From: Pirellula sp.
GTDB lineage: Bacteria > Planctomycetota > Planctomycetia > Pirellulales > Pirellulaceae
Direction: 5' to 3'
NCBI GenBank assembly: GCA_031374925.1
Contig: JANMHA010000203.1
Span: 388 to 64,387 of the forward strand
DNA length: 64,000 nucleotides
In this document: positions 19,084 through 28,615 of the stretch, in pieces
Layout of the letters: each line of letters begins with the position of its first letter
How positions within the stretch are numbered: position 1 is the first letter of the stretch
Notes under the pieces: model-generated
The model's input: the letters and a program-made list of their open reading frames with translations, nothing else
Told to the model about the DNA's origin: nothing
Database searches by the model: none
Program-made: the position numbers and the translations under genes

Positions 19084-19383
19084 ATGAACGGCGAAATCAA
19101 TGTTGTCGCGCTGGTTCGCGGCGAGGAACAATACATCTTCATGTTTGATGAAGCCAATCGAACTGAGACGTTGCGCATGTTAGGACGTTATGCGGCCAAT
19201 CCCGAGTTATCGTTCACTTGGTACGATGCAGCCGTTCTTAGTCAGAAGGTCCGTGAGATGTTGCCTGCAAAGCCCTCGCAGCCAACCCCCGCGACCAATT
19301 CGTTATCGCATCAAGAGCTGCAATCCCCTGTGGGAACAAGCGCGAAGATCACCAAGGCAGCACCGCGTTTTAAGTTGTCTTAA
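19084..19383 (+). CDS. Small conserved hypothetical protein
   Basis: GGAGG ribosome-binding site; globular N-terminus INVVALVRGEEQYIFMFD...PELSFTWYDAAVLSQKVR. Confidence 0.75.
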   Translation: MNGEINVVALVRGEEQYIFMFDEANRTETLRMLGRYAANPELSFTWYDAAVLSQKVREMLPAKPSQPTPATNSLSHQELQSPVGTSAKITKAAPRFKLS

Positions 19384-19481
19384 GAGACTTCGCACAAATC
19401 GCGTCATCAGTGGGCAACTCATCTATTCCCGAAGGTACAATGCTAGCTGCCGTTGTTCTGAAATTTCTTATTAGATGACTG

Positions 19482-20639
19482 ATGAGGCGTAACATGATTC
19501 GCGTTTTTATGTGGCTGATCGCTGTCAGTTTCATGCTCGAATCGTGTGCGATCCTAGAAGCTCAAACGGGTCTGAAAACGACAGACCACCAGGAACAGCC
19601 CATAGACTTTGAACGCGCTCGCGAGTTGCTTCAGAAGCGGCAAAGGGGCGAACCGTTAACATCGACCGAGCAAGCTTATTTGCAGCGAGCAATGGAAGCC
19701 CGCCGAAATGGAGCAGTGCCTCAAGGCGGACCGTCGGCAAATCCAGTTCCGCGAGAATTCATGGGACTAACGCCGCTAAACGAAATGTTGGCCGATGACC
19801 GCTACAAGAACCAAGACGGTGGATTGTATGGCGGCGGTCGCAACTCACCTCTCGAGGAACATCGCCGCGCGGCCGAAACGGAATTGGCTAATATCCAACC
19901 GCTCGATAGCGAAGGCCAAGTTGCTACCAATGGAAAGATCGCTTTCATTTCCATCAGCATGTCGAATGCGACGCAAGAGTTCTCGCGGTTCAAGCAGCTT
20001 GCCGATAAGGATCCAGCTAAGTCCCCGAAATTAGCGATTGTGGATTGTGCTCAGGGTGGGCAAGCGATGGCGGAATGGGCGCCCGCGGACGCATTAACGT
20101 GGAACGAAGCTTTTCGGCGGCTCGCGGCCGCAAACGTTTCACCGAAACAGGTGCAGGTCGCATGGATCAAACTAGCCAACAAGGGACCGAAGGGAGAGTT
20201 AGAATTCCACGGTCGAAAATTGTTGCAGGACACACAGGCCGTTCTTCAAAATGCAAAATCACGTTTCCCCAATTTGCGGATCGTCTATCTCTCAAGCCGA
20301 ATCTATGGCGGCAACGCCACAAGCAATCTCAATCCTGAACCGTTCGCATACGAGTCCGCTTTTGCTGTGCGTTGGCTGATTCAAGATCAAATCCAAGGGG
20401 AATCCGGATTGAACTTTACCGCGGAAAAGGGCGAGGTGAAAGCCCCGCTGTTGTTGTGGGGACCTTACCTCTGGGCGGATGGAACAAGACCTCGAACGGT
20501 CGACAAACTCAGCTATTCTCGGGAAGACTTTGCGGGTGACGGCACGCACCCTTCGGAGTCAGGTAAAAATAAAGTAGCCGGCTTGTTGCTCGACTTCGTG
20601 AAAAACGATGCGCTGGCGAAGTCTTGGTTCTTGCGATAA
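19482..20639 (+). CDS. Secreted hypothetical protein, possibly SGNH-hydrolase-like
   Basis: Signal peptide; ISISMSN and C-terminal DGTHPS (DxxH) motifs. Confidence 0.65.
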   Translation: MRRNMIRVFMWLIAVSFMLESCAILEAQTGLKTTDHQEQPIDFERARELLQKRQRGEPLTSTEQAYLQRAMEARRNGAVPQGGPSANPVPREFMGLTPLNEMLADDRYKNQDGGLYGGGRNSPLEEHRRAAETELANIQPLDSEGQVATNGKIAFISISMSNATQEFSRFKQLADKDPAKSPKLAIVDCAQGGQAMAEWAPADALTWNEAFRRLAAANVSPKQVQVAWIKLANKGPKGELEFHGRKLLQDTQAVLQNAKSRFPNLRIVYLSSRIYGGNATSNLNPEPFAYESAFAVRWLIQDQIQGESGLNFTAEKGEVKAPLLLWGPYLWADGTRPRTVDKLSYSREDFAGDGTHPSESGKNKVAGLLLDFVKNDALAKSWFLR

Positions 20640-20683
20640 GGCGAACACCGATTCTTCAACCCATCGATTTGAATTAACGCTGT

Positions 20684-22090
20684 ATGAACGTTGCAGAACA
20701 GGCGCAGGAAGCGCTTTCAAACGGATTTGCGTCAATTGGAGAACAATTCAAGCTGCCGTTAACATTTCCGCCGGATGTCATGTCAGCCGCTGATCGCGCA
20801 ACAAGAGTCTTTGGATCGGAAAAACCTGATTGGTATTCGCAGCGTCGCGACGCCATACACATCCCATTCGTAACGCTCGATCCAGCCACCTCGACCGACT
20901 TGGATCAAGCCTTCGCGATTGAGCAAGATGGCGATGATCTCGTACTCTACTATGCGCTCGCGGATGTGAGCGTTTTTGTACCTTCTGGCGGTGCGATCGA
21001 AGAAGAAGCTTGGCAAAGAGGTGTGACGATTTACGGACTCGCTGAAAAAATCCCTTTGTACCCCAAGGTCATTTCGCAGTCTGCTGCAAGCCTACTCCCG
21101 GATGGGCCACGTCCGGCTGTTTTGGCGGTCGTTTCGATTCGGCCCGACGGGAAGGTCAAGCTTCGGAGCATGGATCGGGTGGTATGTGCTAGCCGAGCCA
21201 AGCTAGCCTACGACCGAGTCGATCTAAGTAAGATTGCATACGTCGAGGATTTTGCCAAGCGCATGTGGGCAGATGAAGTCGCCCGTGGCGCACTGAGGGT
21301 TGAATTCCCACAACAAGAGGTCATATGCGATGAGTCTGCTCCGGGTGGTGTACGACTCGTGCTGCGTGCCCGAGTGTTTTCGGAATGGGTCAACTCGACA
21401 CTTTCGTTGGCGGTCAATATGGCTATTGGTTCGCTATTTCAGGAGGCTCGCGCAGGATTGTTTCGGGTTATGGACGAGCCTGACCGACTCGCAATCGAAT
21501 CGTTGCGGAGGGCTGCGCATGCGCTCGGTATTGCCTGGGCGTCGAACGAGTCATTGCGAGACCTTCAGCGTTCCATGGATCCACAGAACTTCAGTCATCA
21601 ACGGTTTCTGATCGACGCGCGCCGAGCGGGCGGGCGCGCCCGATACGCCGTTTACGACAGCCAAAAGCCACCATGGCATTCCGCCATCGCTGCAACTTAT
21701 GCCCATGCGACTGCTCCTATGCGTCGACTCGCAGATCGATACGTACTCGACCTTGCCTACTTGCTTGCAAATAGACTTACCGTTCCGAAGTCGTTGACAG
21801 ACCAACTGGCTAGACTACCGGCGGTCATGGAGCGGTACGAAGGACGAGCATCGAATGTCGACCGCGCCGTGGTTGATCTATTGGAGGCCGTTTCGCTCCA
21901 ACATCGAGTCGGCGAAATACTCGATGCCGAAGTCATCGATGCGGCAAACGGAATCGTGCAAACACGCGACTCGGCGATCCGTGCGAGAGCGACGCAACTC
22001 CCGAAGGTAGAAAACGGAGCATCGGTGCGAGTGCGTATCGATGTCGCAGACCCATCCACACGCAATGTGCGCCTGACCGCTGTGAGCTGA
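20684..22090 (+). CDS. RNB-domain 3'-5' exoribonuclease (RNase II/R family, short form)
   Basis: TLDPATSTDLDQA, RGVTIY, YAHATAPMRRLADR. Confidence 0.9.
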   Translation: MNVAEQAQEALSNGFASIGEQFKLPLTFPPDVMSAADRATRVFGSEKPDWYSQRRDAIHIPFVTLDPATSTDLDQAFAIEQDGDDLVLYYALADVSVFVPSGGAIEEEAWQRGVTIYGLAEKIPLYPKVISQSAASLLPDGPRPAVLAVVSIRPDGKVKLRSMDRVVCASRAKLAYDRVDLSKIAYVEDFAKRMWADEVARGALRVEFPQQEVICDESAPGGVRLVLRARVFSEWVNSTLSLAVNMAIGSLFQEARAGLFRVMDEPDRLAIESLRRAAHALGIAWASNESLRDLQRSMDPQNFSHQRFLIDARRAGGRARYAVYDSQKPPWHSAIAATYAHATAPMRRLADRYVLDLAYLLANRLTVPKSLTDQLARLPAVMERYEGRASNVDRAVVDLLEAVSLQHRVGEILDAEVIDAANGIVQTRDSAIRARATQLPKVENGASVRVRIDVADPSTRNVRLTAVS

Positions 22091-22094
22091 GCGC

Positions 22095-22123
22095 ATTTGG
22101 AGTGCGGAAATTCATTTCCGCTA
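22095..22123 (+). repeat. TTTGGAGTG-type REP-like hairpin
   Basis: atttggagtGCGGAAAT-tc-ATTTCCGC, same family as 5001-5155 and 38970-38999. Confidence 0.75.
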
Positions 22124-22282
22124 TTCGATGGCACTCCGGCAGGTTTTTCGCTTTTCCTCCACGCGGTCGATTGCTGTCATTAAACTTGCGTCGTCGAGAC
22201 AGACTTCGCTGGAACGCAACGCACAGCAGCGAGTCGAAGCAGGACTCTACGCGGACTCCGAGGACTTTGTATTGAAACCATG

Positions 22283-23830
22283 TTAAACTCCTGAAAATTT
22301 TCCATTTTGGACATCGCTGTCGAGCGAATCGCCTGCGATCCAACCGCTCATCATGACCATCGGCATGCCGGGGCCTGGATGGGCAGCACCACCGGCCAAG
22401 TAAAGTCCCTTTAGATCGCGGGAGCGATTGGCCGGCTTGAACGCCCCAAGGAACCGACCGTGGCTAGCGAGTCCGTAAATAGCACCGTTCAAAACCCGAT
22501 ACCGCTTATGAATGCCTTCTGGCGTCAACGAGTTTTCAGATACGATTCGATCGCGAATGCCCTTCATTCCAGCCGTGTTTTCTAATTTATCCAAGATCAC
22601 CTCGCGGTAGGCTGGTAACATCTTCGACCAATCATGGTCGGGTCTCAAATAGGGAGTATGGACCAGGATGTAAAGCGCCTCTCCCCCAGGCGGTGCAACT
22701 TGTGGTTCGGTCGACGCCGGAGCGCAGACGTATGCTGTAGGGTCGGGAGCTGGTTTTCCCTGTTTGTAAATGTAGTCAAACTCTTCGTGCGGATCTTTGG
22801 AAAAGACGAAGTTGTGATGCAAGATATGTTCGTATCGTTCCTTCAATCCAAGATAGAGAACGACGCCGGAGCATGCTGGTTCGTAGCTCCGTCTCTTTTC
22901 AAACTTTTTGTCGGTGGCTGAACCCTTCATCAATTCGCGGTGGGTACGTACGGCATCGCAATTCGAAACAACTGCATCAAATTCGTACTTCTCTCCAGAT
23001 GTCGTGGTAACACCACGCACGGACTTACCGTCGGAATCGATCGATGCGACATCGACTTGCGTTTTAATTTCCACACCCAATTCACGAGCCAGCTTCGACA
23101 GGGCTTCGGGCACCGAACGGGTACCGCCGATGGGATACCAAACGCCTTCTTCGGTCTGCATGTGCGCGATACCGCACAAAACAGCCGGCGAGGCTTCGGG
23201 TGAGGAACCGACATACTGAGTGAAGTGGTCTATCATCTGGGCAGCTCTGGCGTCTGGAACACACGAACGGACCAAGCCTGAAACCGAGCGGCCCATTCGC
23301 AGGCTTAACACATCCTTGAGGACGGTGGCTGAGAACGCGCCACCCACCTCCATGGTGTCCGAGATTCCCCCAACACTTCTCCAGAAGAAAAATTTGTCGG
23401 ACACTTCATGCAGCCGTTTCGAGATCTGCATGAACCGTTCGTAGCCTTGGCCAACATTGGGGTTTGGCGAAAACCTTTCCAAGTTTGCTTTCATCTTGGC
23501 GAGGTTCGGAACGAGATCCAAAACACCGCCGTCGTCAAAAAAACAACGCCATTGCGGATCCAGCGCGACCAAATCCATGTAGTCTTCCAATTTGCGATTG
23601 GCCTCACCAAAAATACGATGCAGAACCGATGGCAGGGTCAAAATGGTCGGTCCCATGTCGAACCTGAAACCGTCCTGTTGAAGCACAGCCGCTTTGCCGC
23701 CAACCCATTCGTTCTTTTCCAAAAGCGTCACTTTGTGGCCTCGAGAGGCAAGTGTGCATGCGGCTGCGAGACCGGCAAGTCCTCCGCCAATCACTCCAAC
23801 ATTCAAGACACCGGCGGACCGTTCAATCAT
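22283..23830 (-). CDS. Phytoene desaturase-family FAD oxidoreductase (CrtN/CrtP-like, carotenoid biosynthesis)
   Basis: VIGGGLAGLAAA, GGKA...GFRFDMGPTILT, GAIYG, GGAAHPGPGMPMVMMSG. Confidence 0.9.
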   Translation of the reverse strand: MIERSAGVLNVGVIGGGLAGLAAACTLASRGHKVTLLEKNEWVGGKAAVLQQDGFRFDMGPTILTLPSVLHRIFGEANRKLEDYMDLVALDPQWRCFFDDGGVLDLVPNLAKMKANLERFSPNPNVGQGYERFMQISKRLHEVSDKFFFWRSVGGISDTMEVGGAFSATVLKDVLSLRMGRSVSGLVRSCVPDARAAQMIDHFTQYVGSSPEASPAVLCGIAHMQTEEGVWYPIGGTRSVPEALSKLARELGVEIKTQVDVASIDSDGKSVRGVTTTSGEKYEFDAVVSNCDAVRTHRELMKGSATDKKFEKRRSYEPACSGVVLYLGLKERYEHILHHNFVFSKDPHEEFDYIYKQGKPAPDPTAYVCAPASTEPQVAPPGGEALYILVHTPYLRPDHDWSKMLPAYREVILDKLENTAGMKGIRDRIVSENSLTPEGIHKRYRVLNGAIYGLASHGRFLGAFKPANRSRDLKGLYLAGGAAHPGPGMPMVMMSGWIAGDSLDSDVQNGKFSGV

Positions 23831-23854
23831 GAAATTCTCGATTCTATTTAGGAT

Positions 23855-25420
23855 TTAGGGTGTTTTTTCCTGCGAATTTCGGTCGCTTTTGACCGATGGT
23901 TTTCGCTGGTTCATGGCGGCTTTGACGGTTTGCAATAGACCTTGCAGTCTGGCTTTTAGGTTTTGGTGGTGGCTGAATTGTAGCAAGCCGTCTAGTAATT
24001 CCTCATCGGCCGGTTCGGGCAGCTTTGCATGAGGCAACCATGCCCCTAACCGAGTCGAAACAACCTTGGGAAAAGTCATCTCCAAGAGACCTTCGTTGCC
24101 GCGCGTTACTCCAAAGCCACTTTCGCCTCGACCGCCAAATGGCAGCCTTGGGTCGGCGGTCGGAACGACGATGTCGTTGATAGTAATAAATCCAGCCGAT
24201 ACGAAGCGAACGATTCGAAGGGCATCTTCGATCGGGCCAAAGATGGAGGCAGTCAGCGCAAAGGGGCAGCGAGAATCTGCTCGTAGGGCATCCGACCAGT
24301 CCTCCACTGGAATAATCATGGCGAGTGGAGCAAATAGGTCGGACGAACACAACTGCATTTCCGCCGTCACATCCGTCAAAACGAGGTGACCGCAAACAAC
24401 CGATTTCGAAGGTTCGTTGGCGACTGCAAGTACATTGCGCCGAGGCTCACCCGAAAAAACGCGAGCTCCCTTTCGGATGGCGTCTTCGACACCGTCCCAT
24501 ACTTGACGGTAGGTCTGCAATGAAAGCTTGGTTGTCCAGTTTTTTTGCCGGGGATTATCAAGCCGTTGTTGCAGTAATCGATGAAACACCTCAGTAGACT
24601 TTTTGGGCACAAAAACTCGACGAGGGGCCATGCAAGTCGCCCCACCATTTAGCCGGAGACCAAAAACCAACAGGTCGCAAACGCGGTGCATATCAGCCCC
24701 AGGCAGCACATACATGGCATCGCAGCCACTCAGCTCCATGACCGACGGGGTGAGGCTTTCGGCCAATGAATGCAATACCTTTCGGCCGGATCGGCTGCTG
24801 CCTGTCATGATGACTTTGTCGACACCCAGCTCGATAGCTTGCTGAGCCGATTCGACTGAACCGTCCAGCAATACGATGAGTTCGGCCGGAACTCCAGCCC
24901 GAATCAATAGACTGACCAGCAGGTAGGACACACGGTCGCAGCCTGGCGCGGGTTTCAAGACGACGGCGTTTCCTGCGGCCAAGGCATGAAGAATTTGCAC
25001 CCCAGGCAAGAATAGCGGGTAGTTCCAGGTACCGATAATCATCACAAGTCCGAGTGGCACGCGATGCACGGTTGACCGTAACCGCCCAAGCCATAGAGGT
25101 GACCCGCCCCCGTCAAGGTATCTCGGTGCCAAAATCCGTTTGGCCCTCTTGTGGAGCCACTTAGCAGCATCTGCCAGCGGCATCAACTCCGAGGTTATCG
25201 TTTCGCGAAAGTCCTGCCGAGATTCTGTTTCAATGGCATCGGCGATGAGATGCCGCGACTCCACAAGTAGAGTCCGTAGCTTGGAAAGGACCGCGGTTCT
25301 ATCCGCAATCTTCCGCTGGCTCCATGCGAGTTGCGCCTGATAAGCCTTCTCAAAATCCGCCTCCATTTTCGTTTTTGAAGAGTCTGCTACGCTTGCACTG
25401 GAAATGACGGACATATTCAT
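23855..25420 (-). CDS. Aldehyde dehydrogenase family protein (AldH/CrtNc-like from context)
   Basis: IGTWNYP, AGNAVVLKP, MTGS, MELSG, NGGATCMAP and PFGGRGESGFG. Directly upstream of the desaturase gene. Confidence 0.88.
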   Translation of the reverse strand: MNMSVISSASVADSSKTKMEADFEKAYQAQLAWSQRKIADRTAVLSKLRTLLVESRHLIADAIETESRQDFRETITSELMPLADAAKWLHKRAKRILAPRYLDGGGSPLWLGRLRSTVHRVPLGLVMIIGTWNYPLFLPGVQILHALAAGNAVVLKPAPGCDRVSYLLVSLLIRAGVPAELIVLLDGSVESAQQAIELGVDKVIMTGSSRSGRKVLHSLAESLTPSVMELSGCDAMYVLPGADMHRVCDLLVFGLRLNGGATCMAPRRVFVPKKSTEVFHRLLQQRLDNPRQKNWTTKLSLQTYRQVWDGVEDAIRKGARVFSGEPRRNVLAVANEPSKSVVCGHLVLTDVTAEMQLCSSDLFAPLAMIIPVEDWSDALRADSRCPFALTASIFGPIEDALRIVRFVSAGFITINDIVVPTADPRLPFGGRGESGFGVTRGNEGLLEMTFPKVVSTRLGAWLPHAKLPEPADEELLDGLLQFSHHQNLKARLQGLLQTVKAAMNQRKPSVKSDRNSQEKTP

Positions 25421-25536
25421 GTTGCACGCCCCTGGCTTAAGAGACCGTCCGGTTTATTCTCAGGGATTTTCAACGAAAGTTATCCTCCCTCCGGAAATCG
25501 TCCGGTTTAGGGTGTTGTATTGCTCGACCCTCCCGG

Positions 25537-25884
25537 GGCTCGTTGTGAAGCATTTTCGTCCGATCGGAGCTTGCCTCCGACGCGTCCGATCGGAGAGCTT
25601 GCCTCCAACGCGTCCGGTCGGAGCTTGCCTCCGACGGACGCCGTTTTGGCGTACTAAATGTTCTGCTCAATCCTGAAATTACTTCACTTCGCTCCCGCCT
25701 CGACCGCCTATGGCGGTCGCGGCGGGAGCGAAGTGCGGCTGATAGCGAGCAACGTAGGACGCCAAAACAAGGTTGAGAGGAGGCAAGCTCCCGCTCAACC
25801 TCAGCGAATTCTCCCGCACAACCTCAGCGAATTCTCCCGCTCAACCTTAGCGAATTGTTGGTGAAAATACTTCATCGCGTTGCT
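25537..25884. mobile_element. Non-coding nested-palindrome MITE/REPIN-like element, copy A (inverted relative to copy B)
   Basis: Ends gtgaagcatttt and aaaatacttcatcgcgttgc. Shares ttttggcgtac, ggacgccaaaacaaggttgag, ggagcttgcctcc and a central hairpin with 38638-38925. Carries internal tandem expansions. Confidence 0.7.
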
Positions 25885-26020
25885 CCCTCGGGGAGGGTCG
25901 GCCAAACGGTGGGGAGGGTGAACTGATTTAATCAAGTGTTTCTCGCACTTGACCCTCCCCTCGCTTCATGAGACCCTCCCGGGAGGAGGGTTGCTCATCC
26001 CCCGAGCTAAACTCGGGGGG
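25885..26020. repeat. CCCTCCC/GGGAGGG-type palindromic repeat cluster
   Basis: gggagggtcg, ggggagggt, accctcccc and accctcccgggaggagggt, plus the hairpin ccccgag-ctaaa-ctcgggg. Confidence 0.55.
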
Positions 26021-26069
26021 CATTCGCACGCCGTCGGCGTATGCCGAGGGTTCTGACTCTAGAACAAAC

Positions 26070-27770
26070 CTAAAAGCCACCGGGTTGGCCGGCTTTCACA
26101 CCGGCTGCAATGGCTTTCATTACGCCATCTTCCAAGGATAGGCGAACGATTATGCCGCGATCGATCGACTGGCTTTCGACAAGAATGCGATCATTTCCTA
26201 CGACGGCCGCATTCAACATGGCTTCGGAAATCGGCGTCGCCTCAATCTTCTGAATGTAATTCAGCAACTGAGACACAACCAAACGCATCTTGACCATTTC
26301 AGCGGGAGCGGTCGGCTTGGCCAAGGATCGATCGATGGCGCTCTTGACGCTAGCGTCGCAGTTCTTTCCAACCGCGATATGAACCGCCTTGGGGCCGGTC
26401 GCAATCGCCATGGTGACAGAGTTGCCAAACACCTTTTTTGCGGCTTCTGCTGCATTGGGTGGTAGGGGAACCGAAACGCTGTGGAGGTTGAACCCAGCAT
26501 GCTTTCCTGAGTTGATTTTGAATTGGACTGGCGCTTTTTCCTTAGCTAGTTCCATTGAGATCTCACTGGCGAGAGATTCGATCTTGGAACCGTCGGCAAC
26601 CGAAACACTAGCCACGATGTTTAAATCGCTTTCGACACTGATATCAACAGCGGATTCCAATTTTCCAAGCTTGGCACTTTCCATCAAAATATCGACGGCT
26701 TTTTCAATCAGCTCTTTCGCTTTGGCGGCCGATTCAGGATTCCTGGCACCTTCGTCGATAGACTTGAACGCGGCTTTGAGCGATCCATCCAGAGCCTTTT
26801 CCAGTTGAGCAATTTCTTCTGGTGCGACAAGTTGGAAAGTTTGCAAAGCCATCATCGAAGCGTCCTGAGGGACACCTGCGACGGTGGTCTTGCTGGCCTT
26901 CGTTTTCTCGACTTGCTTGGCGTATTTTGAATCGGCGACGAATTGGGAGCCGAAGTCCAAAATGGTCCGCTTCTCTTGCTTGTTGATCGCCAAACCGATG
27001 ACCAGCTTTTCCGTCCCTTCGATCCCTTCTTGCATCTGCGCAATCATTTGTTCGGAAGTCGCACGAGCGGATTCCGCATCGTCAGGGGCAAGGTTGGCGC
27101 GTTGTGCGGCCATTCCTTGTTCCAATCCCGCTTGCATTTGTCCGACGATGAAGTCGATGACCTCCTCCGGAATGTTTTGCGGGTTGACTTGAACGCGAAC
27201 GTCGTACTTTTGAATCATCTTGACGAGTACATCACCCATGTTTTCGGCGACATCGGCCAGTGCTTCTTCGGATTGTGCGACATAAAGCCATTTGCCAATT
27301 TTTTTGGCGTAAATCGTATTCCCAATACTGAATTCATAGAGCCCGTTACCTAAATCGTTGGGCTCGCCGACAACCGCGCTTAGCTGGTCGAAGAATTGCT
27401 CGAGATCGTCGATAGGCAAACATCCGACCGGTGCAGGTTGGCCACTCTCGTCGAGATTTACGAAAACACCGAATGGACGAGTCCTGTCAAGACCGCCTGC
27501 GAATTGATTCAATGTTGTGGAAACAATTCCAGCCCCAGCGCCTGCCCCAACCATGCGCGCAACATGCTGAATATTGGGCAGGAGGGAATCAATCGCGTTA
27601 ATCGCAACAACAACGACGGCGCCGTCTTCGGATTTCTCGGCCACTGCGGCGTCTGCTTTGGATGCGGCAGTCTTTCCCTGTGCCTGGCATTGGCCTGGTG
27701 AATTCAATGTCGCCAACCCAAGGGTGGCCGTACATACTGCTGCGGATAACCATCTAAATTTCATGAACAA
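26070..27770 (-). CDS. Secreted hypothetical protein
   Basis: 566-aa ORF with a signal peptide and a GGAG ribosome-binding site; no recognised catalytic motif. Confidence 0.8.
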   Translation of the reverse strand: MFMKFRWLSAAVCTATLGLATLNSPGQCQAQGKTAASKADAAVAEKSEDGAVVVVAINAIDSLLPNIQHVARMVGAGAGAGIVSTTLNQFAGGLDRTRPFGVFVNLDESGQPAPVGCLPIDDLEQFFDQLSAVVGEPNDLGNGLYEFSIGNTIYAKKIGKWLYVAQSEEALADVAENMGDVLVKMIQKYDVRVQVNPQNIPEEVIDFIVGQMQAGLEQGMAAQRANLAPDDAESARATSEQMIAQMQEGIEGTEKLVIGLAINKQEKRTILDFGSQFVADSKYAKQVEKTKASKTTVAGVPQDASMMALQTFQLVAPEEIAQLEKALDGSLKAAFKSIDEGARNPESAAKAKELIEKAVDILMESAKLGKLESAVDISVESDLNIVASVSVADGSKIESLASEISMELAKEKAPVQFKINSGKHAGFNLHSVSVPLPPNAAEAAKKVFGNSVTMAIATGPKAVHIAVGKNCDASVKSAIDRSLAKPTAPAEMVKMRLVVSQLLNYIQKIEATPISEAMLNAAVVGNDRILVESQSIDRGIIVRLSLEDGVMKAIAAGVKAGQPGGF

Positions 27771-27945
27771 GACTCCATTGACTCGAAATTGATTGACTTT
27801 GGGCTAGAACATTTCGCGGCAAACCACCCAACCTTGGCATAAATTAACGGATTGCTTACGAATAAGCGGCTAGTTATAGACGATCTGCTGCTGACCGTAG
27901 ATAGGAGTTTTCAAGCAACCGTCTTAAAACAACGCTCAAATCCAT

Positions 27946-28008
27946 TGTCGCCTTTCGCTCCGCGAAAGTGCGCCCCGTTATCGCACTTTCGCGGAGCGAA
28001 AGGCGACA
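27946..28008. repeat. Perfect 27-bp inverted repeat
   Basis: tgtcgcctttcgctccgcgaaagtgcg - 9 nt loop - cgcactttcgcggagcgaaaggcgaca. Confidence 0.9.
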
Positions 28009-28036
28009 TAAGAGCCAAAAGGAACTATACCTGGCA

Positions 28037-28097
28037 TCGTTCTCGACTATCGTTCCCGACTATCGTTCCCGACTATCGCTCTCGACTATCGCTCTCG
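28037..28097. repeat. 13-bp tandem repeat overlapping the infA stop codon
   Basis: About 4.5 copies of cgactatcg(t/c)t(cc/ct). Confidence 0.8.
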
Positions 28098-28307
28098 AAA
28101 AACGATTCGACCTTTGGTCAGGTCATAAGGCGACAGCTCAACGCGAACTTTGTCCCCAGGCACAATACGGATGAAATTCTTGCGCATTTTTCCGGCGACG
28201 TGAGCCAATACCTCAGAACCCGTTTCCAATTGGACTCGAAAACGTGTATTGGCGAGGGCTTGCGTTACCGTTCCCTCAACTTCAAATGCTTCTTCTTTTT
28301 TGGCCAT
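28086..28307 (-). CDS. infA: Translation initiation factor IF-1
   Basis: [14 protein letters not shown]...[33 protein letters not shown]. Confidence 0.98.
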   Translation of the reverse strand: MAKKEEAFEVEGTVTQALANTRFRVQLETGSEVLAHVAGKMRKNFIRIVPGDKVRVELSPYDLTKGRIVFRER

Positions 28308-28615
28308 AAAGTTTGGTTAAGTGATTCCTTCAAGCATCTTCAACGTGAAATTTCGACTTACAAAGCTAGGGAATCCCGCTCCGCACCTCTTTTCTAAGGA
28401 CTATTTATAGGCTAGGCAAGGCGGAATCGTCCACTGCCAAAGTGCTAGAATCGAGCTCTTTTCTAGGATAATTGCCTCGAATTGCATTGTGATACCCGCG
28501 TCTTGCTATCCCACCCGCGAGAGTCGGCGATGACTTCCTAACCTAAGTTTTTCGACTATTCTCACTCACTGATCTATTATTCGCCGAACATGTTCGCTAG
28601 CCGCTCTTCCGCTTA

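Noticed and set aside
25404-25864. Short ORFs across the nested palindromes (also 38573-38946 and 59223-59584) with similar peptides such as RTPFWR and GRQNKVE
   Set aside because: The similarity arises from the shared non-coding repeat; frames and lengths are not conserved among copies.
27852-28397. 181-aa plus-strand ORF
   Set aside because: Antisense to infA and running through repeats.
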